Assembly (NCBI GenBank): GCA_965242865.1
Contig: CBDETK010000013.1
Span: 96,001 to 160,000, forward strand
DNA length: 64,000 bases
DNA from: Candidatus Latescibacterota bacterium
GTDB taxonomy: Bacteria; Latescibacterota; UBA2968; UBA8231
Reading direction: 5' to 3'
Part shown: positions 18,073-28,169 of the stretch, one piece after another
Position numbering within the stretch: the stretch's first letter is position 1
Layout: each line of letters begins with the position of its first letter
Program-made: the position numbers and the translations under genes
The notes under the pieces: generated by a model
The model's input: the letters and a program-made list of their open reading frames with translations, nothing else
Told to the model about the DNA's origin: nothing
The model's database searches: none

Positions 18073-20565
18073 TCAGTACGCGCTGGCGATGAGTTTGGTG
18101 ATCGTCGTTTGTTCGCCTTCGGCATCTACTTCCACGCCGACCCGACACAAATACAGGCCCGGAGGCGTCAGACGGCCCTGATCGTCGCGCCCGTCCCACG
18201 TCAATCGTTGCACGCCAGCCGCCGATGCGACCACCGGGGCTTGGTGCCGCACGCGCTGGCCGTCTAAGCCATACACTTCTAGCACCAACGCCTTGGTGCT
18301 CTGCACCGCGAACACCGGGAACACCAATTCCACTACGTCGTTGATTCCGTCCCCGTTGGGCGTAAACGGATTGGCCGACGCGATCACCTCGCCCAACAGG
18401 CCGCCGCTCAATGGGGTCAGCACCTGCAAGCTGCGGCTGGCCTTGGCATCTACGCGCTGCCACACCCGCTCGTCGCCCTCGCCCAAACCCACTTGCGCGG
18501 CAAACGCATTGCTGGCGAGGTAAAGCGCGCCCGAAAATTGCAACGAGACCAACTCGGCTTGGTCGGTCACGGGCGCGGGCAGCCGCACCCACAGCGAATC
18601 CGCCTCGGTCGGCCGCCTCGTCGCGGGGACGCGCGCCGCGCCGACTACCACTTCTTCCAGCTCAACCGTCGCCCCGCGCGGCAATACCACGAGCACTTGG
18701 TCGAAGCCGCGATTGTCGGCTTGGAACTGCGGCTGCAAAGACAGGGTGAAGGAGGTGCGCTCCCCGCGCTGCTCGGTCTGCCGCGGCTGGACCTCGCCCA
18801 GGACTTGGCTGGCTAAGGGCCAATCCAATGCGATGTGCAGCTGGCGCAACAACGCGCCTTGTCCGGGATCGTCCGAGCGCAGCGTGGCCTCCACTAGGGC
18901 GTAGCGGCGCGGGCTGGGCGAGGCAATCGGCGCGTCCGGGGCCGCGTAGAACGGACTCCAAGAACTCCAGTCGGCACCTGGGACGACCGACACGGTCGAA
19001 TCGCCGCGCTGAAAGCTGAGCAGCTTGCGATATTGGGCCGCGGTCACCTCTTTCCCGGTCGTGGTGAAGTAGTGGATTTCCTCGTTGAGCTGATTGCCGG
19101 TGCGGGTGCGAAATTGCACTTGAGTGCCCGGGGGGGTGTCGGCGGCCCAGTGAATGGAAGACAGGATGCGCGGGTCGCGGCCCAGCTCCATAAGCCCCGA
19201 TTGGAGCGTCACCTGCGGAAGAAAGCCGCGCCCGTAAAGCTGGAGCTCGCGGATGCCGGCGTTGGCCCAATTCGGGACGATGAGCACCCGGTAATCCATC
19301 TTAAAGTAGCGCGCCTTGGTGAGCGGAAAGGCGTTGTCCTGATAAAAGATGTGGGGGAATAACCCGCTGAAGCGGCCCGGCTCCTGATCGGCGGTTTCCC
19401 GCACGGCCAGCGCAAGGTACGACAGGCTGCCGTCTGGGTTGCGCTGCCCAGTTGAGAGGTTGATGGCGTAGTTGGGGAACGCGCCGGTAAAGCCGTGGGC
19501 AATGTTTTCGCGGTCAAAGCCGATGACCACGCGGCTGATCCAGAACCAAGTCCCCAAGTCGAAGAGGAGCTCGCGGTCGAACTCCACGTCGATGTGCTCG
19601 CCGCCGCTGACGCCCACTTGCTCGGGCCACACGGTCTTGTAGTTGCCGTCCACGGCCAAGCGTTCCGTCCCGCTGTTGCTCGTGCCCCCGATCAACCCAC
19701 CTCGGCGCAGCGCGCCTAAGCTGATGTTGTCGCCTTGGGTCCATACCTCGACCTCGGCCAGCCGCGGTCGCTCTCGTCGATAGTACTGAATCGGGCCAGC
19801 GCGCTCGGCACTCAGTGCGGCGTGTTGGGCGCGATCGATCGGTCGCAAAACGCCCGAGGACTCGCGCAAGAAGTAGAGCACATCGCCGCGCTCTTCAGCC
19901 GGCAAGCTGTGCCAGCGGGCCTCGCTGACTTCGTGCCCTTGGCCGCGGGCGCTGGCCGTGGCCACGATCTGGACGAACTGGAACATGTCGCCGACAAAGC
20001 CGGCGTCCGCTTCCTGCGAGGGCTTCAGCTCAAACTCAAAGACGCGCTGGGTTTTGTTCAAGCCTTCGCTGTGGCCGGCTGGCGAGAAGCGGAGGGCCTT
20101 GCTCTGGGAAAAAGCCGGGAGGCCGTTGGAGGTGAGCACCTTGAATTGCAGAAAAGGATCGCCCAAGCCTTCGGGGGCGAATTTGACCACGATCTTGTGT
20201 GCCCACACCAAGCGGCCCAAGTCGATTTCGACCCACCAATCGCGGAGGGGGGCGTCCAAGTCCGGCTCCCAGAAGGTTTGCGCTTGGCCATCTATGACTT
20301 GGCCGGCCTCGGCCGCGTTGACGCCCGCGGCTCGGACGCCGCCCGGCACGCCGTCGTCGGACGCAAAGTTCGGAGCGTCTAGCGCGGCGTTGATTTGCTC
20401 GCGAATCAGGTGCGGCCGCACCCCTTGCGGGCCGAATTGCACCGTGCCCGCGGCCACCTCCCATTGCGCCCAGTCGCTTTCGTCAACGGCGACTCGGTCC
20501 GCTTCGAGGCGGTAGCCTTGGGGCCACGCGGGCGCGGCGAGCAGCAGGGCGCAAACGAGGATCAC
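18073..20565 (-). CDS. Secreted protein with C-terminal CHU_C/FlgD-Ig-like domain (paralog 1)
   Basis: GTG start overlapping the upstream TGA; signal peptide; discoidin-like IDLG motifs; NPFTPNGDGIND...WDGRDDQG...PPGLY. Confidence 0.8.
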   Translation of the reverse strand: MILVCALLLAAPAWPQGYRLEADRVAVDESDWAQWEVAAGTVQFGPQGVRPHLIREQINAALDAPNFASDDGVPGGVRAAGVNAAEAGQVIDGQAQTFWEPDLDAPLRDWWVEIDLGRLVWAHKIVVKFAPEGLGDPFLQFKVLTSNGLPAFSQSKALRFSPAGHSEGLNKTQRVFEFELKPSQEADAGFVGDMFQFVQIVATASARGQGHEVSEARWHSLPAEERGDVLYFLRESSGVLRPIDRAQHAALSAERAGPIQYYRRERPRLAEVEVWTQGDNISLGALRRGGLIGGTSNSGTERLAVDGNYKTVWPEQVGVSGGEHIDVEFDRELLFDLGTWFWISRVVIGFDRENIAHGFTGAFPNYAINLSTGQRNPDGSLSYLALAVRETADQEPGRFSGLFPHIFYQDNAFPLTKARYFKMDYRVLIVPNWANAGIRELQLYGRGFLPQVTLQSGLMELGRDPRILSSIHWAADTPPGTQVQFRTRTGNQLNEEIHYFTTTGKEVTAAQYRKLLSFQRGDSTVSVVPGADWSSWSPFYAAPDAPIASPSPRRYALVEATLRSDDPGQGALLRQLHIALDWPLASQVLGEVQPRQTEQRGERTSFTLSLQPQFQADNRGFDQVLVVLPRGATVELEEVVVGAARVPATRRPTEADSLWVRLPAPVTDQAELVSLQFSGALYLASNAFAAQVGLGEGDERVWQRVDAKASRSLQVLTPLSGGLLGEVIASANPFTPNGDGINDVVELVFPVFAVQSTKALVLEVYGLDGQRVRHQAPVVASAAGVQRLTWDGRDDQGRLTPPGLYLCRVGVEVDAEGEQTTITKLIASAY

Positions 20566-21275
20566 GCGCGGCTTTCCTCGCGTACTGGCTGGCATGCCGC
20601 GATGAATTCCTCGGCCGTGGTGGTATAGCCGATCAGGTGTTCAAAGTTGCGCAGCGTGATCCGGTTGATCCAACCGCCTTCCGGCAGGCTGTCGTCTAGC
20701 GTGTCGGGCATCTCGATCGTACCGGGGGCGTTTGAACAATCGCGCAAGAGAATGACGCGGTAATTCCTCCCCACGGCTTCGGCGCAGGTGTAGTGCAAGC
20801 AGGCCCGCCGGCTGTACCCCACGACGAACAGCGTCCGAATGCCATAGCTGCGTAGGTGCTGGTCCAAGAAGGTGTCGTGGAAGCCACTCCAGATCCACTT
20901 GGGAAAATTGCGCTCGTCGGCGCGGGGGGCCACGCAGTCGAGGTATTCGGGCTTGTATTCTTGCCGCGCCCAGCTTGCAATGCCGTTGTCGCCGCTGGGT
21001 TCCTTGGTCTTGCCCCAGATCTCGCCCACGATGTTGCCGGGGTCGGCCACCAAGCGCAGGTCGTTGTGGACGTAGTTGACCAACATCTTGCGGTCGCGGG
21101 CGGCCTGCAAAGCCGGCGCGATGAAGTTTTTGGTGGTTGGATTGGGCGACCGCCCATCGACATCGACTAAGAGAAAGGCGCACTCGGCGAACTGCAGGGT
21201 CAGGGTCTCGTACCCGTAGTCGTACCCGCCGGGGTAATCCTTGTAGTAGCGAATGGGGATTTGAATGGTGGTCAT
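20562..21275 (-). CDS. Isochorismatase/cysteine hydrolase family protein
   Basis: RBS AAGGAGG; FLLVDVD, FPKWIWSGFHDTFLDQHLR, VVGYSRRAC, LLRDC. Confidence 0.8.
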   Translation of the reverse strand: MTTIQIPIRYYKDYPGGYDYGYETLTLQFAECAFLLVDVDGRSPNPTTKNFIAPALQAARDRKMLVNYVHNDLRLVADPGNIVGEIWGKTKEPSGDNGIASWARQEYKPEYLDCVAPRADERNFPKWIWSGFHDTFLDQHLRSYGIRTLFVVGYSRRACLHYTCAEAVGRNYRVILLRDCSNAPGTIEMPDTLDDSLPEGGWINRITLRNFEHLIGYTTTAEEFIAACQPVREESRA

Positions 21276-21304
21276 GGCTGGCCTCCTTGGTGGTGAATGC
21301 TCCG

Positions 21305-23227
21305 TTAGTAAACGACCGCGATGGTCCCCGCTCGCTGATCGCCGCCTTTTTCCGACTCCACGGCTAGGCGATACACGTACAGGCCCGGGGGCACCCGCTC
21401 GCCGCTTTCGTCGCGGCCATCCCAAGAAAAGCGCAGGCCGCCGCTGTGCTGGTGCCCGTCGTGGATCACCCGCCGCGAGCGGCCAGACAGGTCGAAGACC
21501 GCGAGGCGCAAGGGCACTTCTTGGGTCACCTGCAACAGCTTAAACGAAAAGTGAATCTGCTCGTTGATCCCGTCGCCATTGGGCGTGGCGATTTTTGGCT
21601 GCACGGTTAGATCGTCGAGCAGGCGACGGGAAATCGAGGTGCGGACCGTGAGGACCTCGCTGGCGATCTCGCGGGCCGCATCGCCGCGATTGATGGGTTG
21701 CGCCAGCTCTAGAGGACGCTGGGTATCCCGCACCCAGCCGCGGAACGTGGTGCCGTAGCGCAGCACTGGAGCGCGGAAGAAGATCTCGACCACCCCGCCG
21801 GAATCCCCGGCCGTGCGCGGGGGAAACAGGGCCACTGAGAAGCGCAGCGAATCCGGCGCGATGGCCACGGCAAAGCTATCCAAGCCGGTGGCCCGCACCG
21901 AATCCACGCCGGCCACGCCAAAGGGCGCGGCGATTTCCACCGCGTCAAAACCAGCGTGCTGGGCGCGGATGATGGGCGAAATGGCATACCGAAACGACGC
22001 GATTTCGCCCAAGGCGACTTCCGGGGGATAGATTTCGCCCAACACCTCCTCGGCGAGCGGCGGCTTGGTGGCCGAGAATTCAATGAACTCCACCTCGCCG
22101 CCCTCGCTGCCTACGGGCAAAAAATCGACCCGCAGTTGAAGGACCGAGTTGGGGCCGGGCGAGGCAATGGGCGTGCCGCTGCTGTCGGCAAAAGCGTAGG
22201 GCGACGACCAAAAGCTCCAGTTGTCTGTGTCGTAAGTGATTTCGCCGGCTTCGCCCGGTTTGAGCAAGAGATAATCGGTCGCGTCGAGGGGCTGGCCCGC
22301 TTCGTCGAGCGACGTTGTTTCGTCGCCCCGGCCGGTAAAGCGCCAGTACACGTTTGGATCGAGGTCGTTCCCCGTCCGCGATTGGATCCAGACGCGGGCG
22401 CGAGGGTCCTGGCGCCCGCGCCAGCGGATGTCGCCCCACACGGCCGGCTCCCCGAGGTCGATAAACGGGCCGACGTACGAGGCTTGGTGGGCGTAGCCCA
22501 CGCCATAGACCTCCAATTCGCCGATGCGCAGGGCCTTGGGCGACGCGCGGTAGAGCAACAGGCCCACGCTGCGGGCGAGGGCCGGCGGAAAGCGCACGTC
22601 AATGGTGTCCTGCACGTTTTCGGGTAGCTCGACCACGAGTTGGCCGCCGAGGCGGGCGGCACCATACCCGGATACGTTGTCCTTTTTTTGCACGCCTAAA
22701 TCGGCGGTCACATCGAGCCTGTCGGGATATAGCCCGCTCTCCGCGGCCACGATCCGCACCCTGTTGACAAAGAACAGGCCGCCGAGGTCCAGGGTGACGC
22801 GCCGCGTCTCCAAGTAGCGTTGGCCGGTGAAGCGGCTCTGAATGCCCTCGACCCATTCCCAGAACGTGGCGAGCTCGGCGTCGATCATGTTTTTGGAGAG
22901 ATCGGTGATGGAATAGCTCGCGACCCCGCTCACCCGCACGTACGGCCCCCCGCGGCGGTCCGCGCTGGTCAGGGCGATGTTCGTCGCCGGCGTCAAAAAG
23001 ATCGGCCGCAGCACACCGGCCGCGAGGGCTGCCGGGTCGAGGCTTTGTTCCTCCTCAAAGTCGCTCCAAGATAGTTGATGGAAATTCACGCCGGCTTGGG
23101 TTGGCCGCGGTACGTCCTCGCCGCCGATGCGATAGATCTCCACGGCCCCGCCCGTTCCGGCCGCGAGAGCCGCGAAGGCGAAAGCGGCCGCGAGTAGGGG
23201 CCGCACTTTATGGTCGTTCAAATACAC
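21305..23227 (-). CDS. Secreted protein with C-terminal CHU_C/FlgD-Ig-like domain (paralog 2)
   Basis: Signal peptide; LDLGG..VNRVRI; TPNGDGINE...WDGRDESG...PPGLY. Confidence 0.8.
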   Translation of the reverse strand: MYLNDHKVRPLLAAAFAFAALAAGTGGAVEIYRIGGEDVPRPTQAGVNFHQLSWSDFEEEQSLDPAALAAGVLRPIFLTPATNIALTSADRRGGPYVRVSGVASYSITDLSKNMIDAELATFWEWVEGIQSRFTGQRYLETRRVTLDLGGLFFVNRVRIVAAESGLYPDRLDVTADLGVQKKDNVSGYGAARLGGQLVVELPENVQDTIDVRFPPALARSVGLLLYRASPKALRIGELEVYGVGYAHQASYVGPFIDLGEPAVWGDIRWRGRQDPRARVWIQSRTGNDLDPNVYWRFTGRGDETTSLDEAGQPLDATDYLLLKPGEAGEITYDTDNWSFWSSPYAFADSSGTPIASPGPNSVLQLRVDFLPVGSEGGEVEFIEFSATKPPLAEEVLGEIYPPEVALGEIASFRYAISPIIRAQHAGFDAVEIAAPFGVAGVDSVRATGLDSFAVAIAPDSLRFSVALFPPRTAGDSGGVVEIFFRAPVLRYGTTFRGWVRDTQRPLELAQPINRGDAAREIASEVLTVRTSISRRLLDDLTVQPKIATPNGDGINEQIHFSFKLLQVTQEVPLRLAVFDLSGRSRRVIHDGHQHSGGLRFSWDGRDESGERVPPGLYVYRLAVESEKGGDQRAGTIAVVY

Positions 23228-23243
23228 TTGTTGCCTTCATTCT

Positions 23244-23404
23244 CTGGACTCCCGCTTTCGCGGGAGCGACACCTATTGCGAGCCTTGCGCTCTCGCGGGC
23301 GAGAATCCAGCTCTGTACGGGACGGCCTCCGTGCCGTCCCTCCCGTCATTTGTATGTTGCGTCCGCGTTTCCGATTGGCCACTCCCACGCACGCGGAAAT
23401 CCAG
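23244..23404. repeat. Cluster of REP-like palindromes
   Basis: CTCCCGC-TTTC-GCGGGAG, GGGACGGC-CTCCGT-GCCGTCCC and two ...AATCCAG-ending palindromic units. Confidence 0.6.
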
Positions 23405-23426
23405 CCCTTGCCTTTGTCCGCACCTA

Positions 23427-26117
23427 TCAATCAAGCCCGGCATAGACCGTCACAAACTGGGACGCGCCGGTAAAAGCATCCTCGCCCTTGCGGTCGATGC
23501 GGCTGACGCGCAGGCCCATCTGGGTGGTCAAACTGTATCCTAGATACGCGCCGGTATTGGAGTACTGAATGGCCAGCACCGTCTCTCGGTAGTCGGGCGA
23601 CAGGCCCAAGGCGCGCGCTGTTTCCGCGTCTTCGAGCTGGCTGAATACGGTGTACTCCAACCCGGCCCTCAGCTCGGAACGGGTCAGGATGGCGACCTCG
23701 CCGATCAAAAACAAGAGCAGGGCGTTTTCCTTGCGCACGGGATCGTTGCTCAACAGGGGTGCTTCGCGGCGGTGTTCGTTCTTGATCTTGGGAGCTAGCA
23801 CCACGCGGCCGATCGCGCGCCGGTACTCGGCCTTGTTGATCAGGCCGAAGAACTGAAAGTTTTCGCGCACATCTGGCTGGGCGTCGTTTTGGTGCCAGAG
23901 GTCGTATTTCAGCTTGTTGGTGAAGGTCAGGCCGGGGATGCTGGTGTAATCGAAGCGGACAAAGGCGGAATTGATGTAAGTGTTGGGCGCGGCGAGGGGG
24001 TCTTCTATCCGCTGCAACGCGCCCGGGGCTCCAGTCGGCTGCACCCACTGGACGACGACGTCGGCAATCTCGTCCTCAACCCGCTTAACCATGTCGAAGA
24101 CGCGCAGCCGCCCCACGCCGGCGATGTCGCGGTCCCAAGTAAAGACGCCATACACGGTTTGTTCGCGCTTTTTGGCCGACAGCACGCGCTCCTGTTTGTA
24201 GCCGGCGGTCAGCCGCATCTCGGGCGCGAGGTGCATCCCGGCATACACATTGTAGCCGCGGCGGTTGCGGTCGTAGGGATAATCTGGGTCCTCGTCGTTT
24301 TCAAAGCGGTCGATCCAGAAGTTGTTGTTCATGTCCATGCCAAACAAAAACTCCGGGCGATCTACGTGGTAGCGCAGGAAAGGCTCCTCGTAGTCCGGGA
24401 CGAAGTTCGGCCGGAACTCGTTGTCGTTTTGGTTGAAATCCGAGATAAAGTCGAGGTTTTCGTCCCACCCGGGGAAAATCCGCAAATCCGGCCCGAATTG
24501 GTTGAGGCGCAGCCAGTCCGGGATGCGGTCTTGGTCGTCGTTGTCGTCAACCCACTCGTAAAAATTGGTCGTTGGGTCTGTGTAGTCGACGTCGCCCGAG
24601 GGCGAGGCAATCAGGCTGGTGGTGCCGTAGTTGTAATCCATGCCATAAGCCTCGGCAAAGAGGAAATAGGGATAGCTCTTCTTGGACAGATTGACCATAT
24701 AGGCATTGGCTTGATCGGCCGCCGTGTGGTGCGTGGCAAAGGCGCGGTTGGGGTATTTGCGATAGCGCCGACTGCGGTCAAATTCCGCGTACAGATCAAA
24801 CCCCAGCACGCCCCGCACCTCCAAGGTAAACCCGTAGATGTCGTTGCCGGTCGGCAAGCCATAATCGAGGCGCAGCAGCCCCAAGTTGGAGCCGTCTTGG
24901 ACATTGCCCGCCGCCCGCTTGGCCGTCAGAAAAACCGGCTGGCCTTCGGGGATGTTGAGCTGGCGGTCCGAGCTCATCTCAATGTGGTAGTCGTTGGCGA
25001 CCACCAGCTCGATCTGGGCGCGGCGAATGGTGGAAAGCTCCGGGCCGCTGTACGACGGGGCGCGGAAGTCGTAGGTTATTTCGATGCGCTCGTCGCCATC
25101 GGCCGCGAGGAAGCCGAGGCGTTGTAAGCCGCCATCGATGAGCGGCTCAAAGCCGATTTGGCTGCCCCGCACCGTCTCTTTTTCGACCTCGACGACGCGC
25201 TCGCCCGCTTCGGTTTCGCGCGCCACTTCGCTCTCGGCTTCAATGATGATGTCCCACGAAAACAGGGCGGCCCCGCCGGCGCGGTCTTCGGGCGAGTCGT
25301 CGCTCAGGCGGATGAAGATTTGCCCGACGTGTTCTAGGTTTTGCCCCACCGTCAGCGAGCCGGTCCACGGGTTGCCCTCAAAGCTCTCCAACAGGGTTTG
25401 GGAGTTGTGGGCGTTGACATAGAGGCCGCCGACCTCGACAAAGTCGCCGATTTGGGTCGTGCCGTACAAGCCCAACAGGTTGGTGCTGTTGGTGGTTTCA
25501 ACCGACACGGTGCGCGCCAGCCCCGGGGAGCTAATCCGCGACATCAACGCGGTCAGGCTGTACTTGTCGGACTGAAAGTCGGCTTGGATGCCGTCGAAGG
25601 CCGGCTTGGAAAAGGTCATCGGCGTCAGGGTCGTGCGGATCTTGCTGCCGATGGTCAGGGCCAAGTTGTTTTGCCCCTTTTGGTCGGAAGCAATGACGAG
25701 TTCGTTGAACCACGCGCTAAATCTAGAGGTCTTAAAGACCGTGCTGCCAAACTGCTGGGGCTGGTTTTGGCTCCAGTCGTAGATGAGCCAGCCGCGGTTG
25801 ATAAAAGACCCGTAGAGGTCGTAAAAATAATCGCCCTCAATGTCGCTGGAGACGTAGCGCTGGTACAGGTCGCGGGCGTAGTTGGTGTATTCCCACTGCT
25901 TCCACCCGTAGAGCTGGTACAGCTCTTGGGGCGCGTACCAACGCCGCACGGCCGGGTCTAAGGCGTCGAAAAGCACCCCCGGCCCGCGTGGTTCGTAAGA
26001 CACCTCGCCGCCCCGCGGCACCCCCAACCTGCTGCCGTAATCTTCCCGTCCCTGCGCGCCAATATCGCCGCTCGTCGCAATCAGGGCGGTGAGCAAAAGC
26101 AAATTCCGTTTGGCCAC
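23427..26117 (-). CDS. Large secreted hypothetical protein, probable outer-membrane barrel with acidic Ca-binding-like loops
   Basis: 896 aa; signal peptide; DDNDDQD, DENLDFISD, DMNNNFWID motifs; amphipathic strands ending VTVYAGLD. Confidence 0.65.
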   Translation of the reverse strand: MAKRNLLLLTALIATSGDIGAQGREDYGSRLGVPRGGEVSYEPRGPGVLFDALDPAVRRWYAPQELYQLYGWKQWEYTNYARDLYQRYVSSDIEGDYFYDLYGSFINRGWLIYDWSQNQPQQFGSTVFKTSRFSAWFNELVIASDQKGQNNLALTIGSKIRTTLTPMTFSKPAFDGIQADFQSDKYSLTALMSRISSPGLARTVSVETTNSTNLLGLYGTTQIGDFVEVGGLYVNAHNSQTLLESFEGNPWTGSLTVGQNLEHVGQIFIRLSDDSPEDRAGGAALFSWDIIIEAESEVARETEAGERVVEVEKETVRGSQIGFEPLIDGGLQRLGFLAADGDERIEITYDFRAPSYSGPELSTIRRAQIELVVANDYHIEMSSDRQLNIPEGQPVFLTAKRAAGNVQDGSNLGLLRLDYGLPTGNDIYGFTLEVRGVLGFDLYAEFDRSRRYRKYPNRAFATHHTAADQANAYMVNLSKKSYPYFLFAEAYGMDYNYGTTSLIASPSGDVDYTDPTTNFYEWVDDNDDQDRIPDWLRLNQFGPDLRIFPGWDENLDFISDFNQNDNEFRPNFVPDYEEPFLRYHVDRPEFLFGMDMNNNFWIDRFENDEDPDYPYDRNRRGYNVYAGMHLAPEMRLTAGYKQERVLSAKKREQTVYGVFTWDRDIAGVGRLRVFDMVKRVEDEIADVVVQWVQPTGAPGALQRIEDPLAAPNTYINSAFVRFDYTSIPGLTFTNKLKYDLWHQNDAQPDVRENFQFFGLINKAEYRRAIGRVVLAPKIKNEHRREAPLLSNDPVRKENALLLFLIGEVAILTRSELRAGLEYTVFSQLEDAETARALGLSPDYRETVLAIQYSNTGAYLGYSLTTQMGLRVSRIDRKGEDAFTGASQFVTVYAGLD

Positions 26118-26130
26118 AACATACTCCTCG

Positions 26131-27849
26131 TCAATAGGCGATGGTCACCGCGCGGCGGCTGCGCTCCATGCCGCTGTCGGTCTCCACTTCGACTTGCAGG
26201 ATGTACGTCCCCGGCCGGAGTAGGTCGCCTCGGGCGTCGCGGCCATCCCAAGGCCGTTGGAACCGCCCGCTTTCGCTGCCCACAACGGGCAACTCGGCGA
26301 CCGGATTGCGCGCCAAGTCGTAGATCCGCAGCGCGACCGGCGCTTGGCTCGTCAGATAGAGCAAATCGTAGCTAATCGTGGTGTAGTCGTTGACGCCGTC
26401 GCCGTTGGGCGTAAACATGGCCGGCCTTGCAGACACCCGATGGACCAAGCGCTGGCCCTGCAAGGGCACCCGCACGCTCAAGTCGTCGCCGGCAAAGCGA
26501 GCGACCGCATTGCCGCTGGCGATCGCTTGGGGCAACGCGCCCTCGCGCGTGGTGTCGAGCAGGCGGCCGGTGAACACGGTCTCATAGCGCAGGACGGCCG
26601 TGTCGAACACCACTTGCACGACGCGATTGCCGGTCTGGCGTTCAAAGCTGGCCCGCAGGCCGTTGGCCCCCAATTCCTCGCTGAACGCGATCGCTTGGCC
26701 GTCCACGCGCAGGGCGCGCAGGGCGCGAACCGGGGCCGGTGAGTCGATTTCCAAGCGGTCAAACCCTTGGGCGGCGGTTACTTCAATGGTATAGACGAAG
26801 CTCGTATCCACGCCGACCGGGACTTCTTGGGGCCATATCTCGCCGACGATGGACTGGGCCAAGGGCGGGCGAAACACCTCAAAGGCGAGCGAATCCACGG
26901 CCAAGCCGTCTTCGAGTCCATCGCTTTCAAACGCCATGCTGAATTGGAAGTAGCGGCGCGGGGCCGGCGACAGGATCGGCTCGCCGCTGCTTTGATAGGG
27001 CGTGGACCAAGGGCTCCAACTCGCGGGTTCGTCGTCCGGCGAGGGGCTGCGGCCGCTGCGGGTGCGCACGACGAGCCGCGACCGCTGGGGCAAGCCCACT
27101 TGCTCGGTGGCCCATTGCAGCCGACCCCACAGCGCCTCCTGCTCTAGGTCAAAGACTTGGGACAGGTACTCGGCCTCGGGCACGAACCCGCTGCCAAAAA
27201 TTTCCAGTTCGTCGATTTCCCAGTTGAAGCGCTGGGTGGATTCCAAGCGAATGTAGCGCACGTATTGCAGGGGGAAGCGCACGTCAATGGTGTCGCGGCT
27301 GTTGCTGCCGTCTTGGGCCATGACCGTGAGCAAGGTCTTGTCCGGCAGCTTATCGACCGAGGCCGCCACGATGTCTGCGCCGAACGCGCCATCGTTGATG
27401 GAGAGCACGTAGCCTTTCATAAAGTCGCTCTTGAAGGCTTGGCGGGGGAAGAAGCGAATGCGATTGACGCCAAACCGAGCGCCCAAATCGACGACGACGA
27501 GGATGCCGGTGGCCGCCACATCCTTGGCCTCAAAAGCCGTGGCGGGATCGCCGTCCACCATGCTGTGCAGGCGCTCTTTGAGTACGGCCGAGGTCAAGCG
27601 CAAAACGGCTTGGGCGTTGGGCGAAGTCACCCGACCGCCGCGCGCTAGAATCCCGGCGGCGATATTGGTGTTTTCCGCCACGCTGCGGGGCTGGACCCAG
27701 CCGGTGCGTGCGTTAAAGTCGATGACCGGCGCGGCGGCGGCCGCCTCCTGCCAAGTCGCGCCGCTGCCCCCGACGACGATGTTTTCCGTCGCGAGGGCGG
27801 CCGCCGCGAGCAGCCCTACGAGGGCCAAGGCATTGCGCTGGGTATTCAT
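26131..27849 (-). CDS. Secreted protein with C-terminal CHU_C/FlgD-Ig-like domain (paralog 3)
   Basis: VDLGARFGVNRIRFFPR; FTPNGDGVND...WDGRDARG...RPGTY. Confidence 0.8.
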   Translation of the reverse strand: MNTQRNALALVGLLAAAALATENIVVGGSGATWQEAAAAAPVIDFNARTGWVQPRSVAENTNIAAGILARGGRVTSPNAQAVLRLTSAVLKERLHSMVDGDPATAFEAKDVAATGILVVVDLGARFGVNRIRFFPRQAFKSDFMKGYVLSINDGAFGADIVAASVDKLPDKTLLTVMAQDGSNSRDTIDVRFPLQYVRYIRLESTQRFNWEIDELEIFGSGFVPEAEYLSQVFDLEQEALWGRLQWATEQVGLPQRSRLVVRTRSGRSPSPDDEPASWSPWSTPYQSSGEPILSPAPRRYFQFSMAFESDGLEDGLAVDSLAFEVFRPPLAQSIVGEIWPQEVPVGVDTSFVYTIEVTAAQGFDRLEIDSPAPVRALRALRVDGQAIAFSEELGANGLRASFERQTGNRVVQVVFDTAVLRYETVFTGRLLDTTREGALPQAIASGNAVARFAGDDLSVRVPLQGQRLVHRVSARPAMFTPNGDGVNDYTTISYDLLYLTSQAPVALRIYDLARNPVAELPVVGSESGRFQRPWDGRDARGDLLRPGTYILQVEVETDSGMERSRRAVTIAY

Positions 27850-27875
27850 ATATATCGCTTCTCAGGCCGGCTCAA

Positions 27876-28076
27876 TCAGTTCAGCACCTTCAACAGGATG
27901 GTCAGTTGTAGCCCTACAACGCCGAACAGAATGCCAATAATCCAGCGGTTGGTCGCACGAAGCTCGGCAATGGCTCGTTCAATGCCGTCCAAGTGGCGGC
28001 CGAGCTGCTCGGCGATGCCTTCTAGCTGTTCAATGCGGCGGTCGTGGTCTTGAGCTTGGGTAATCGGTTCGCTCAT
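27876..28076 (-). CDS. Small coiled-coil protein with C-terminal membrane anchor (paralog A)
   Basis: 66 aa; MSEPIT..DHDRRI..EGIAEQL...RWIIGI; paralogous to 29298-29561. Confidence 0.75.
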   Translation of the reverse strand: MSEPITQAQDHDRRIEQLEGIAEQLGRHLDGIERAIAELRATNRWIIGILFGVVGLQLTILLKVLN

Positions 28077-28106
28077 GGTCGTTGTCCTATCGGAATGCTA
28101 GCCAAC

Positions 28107-28144
28107 AAAAAAACCGCCATGCCAGCGGAAGCCCGGCATGGCGG
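28107..28144 (-). terminator. Intrinsic terminator
   Basis: CCGCCATGCC/GGCATGGCGG stem followed by T7 on the minus strand. Confidence 0.8.
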
Positions 28145-28169
28145 CACTCGATCTACGCGCCGAAAGCAA

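Noticed and set aside
23889-25127. 412-aa plus-strand ORF and similar long antisense ORFs (e.g. 47139-48095, 56109-57122)
   Set aside because: Antisense shadows of real genes in GC-rich DNA; no recognisable motifs
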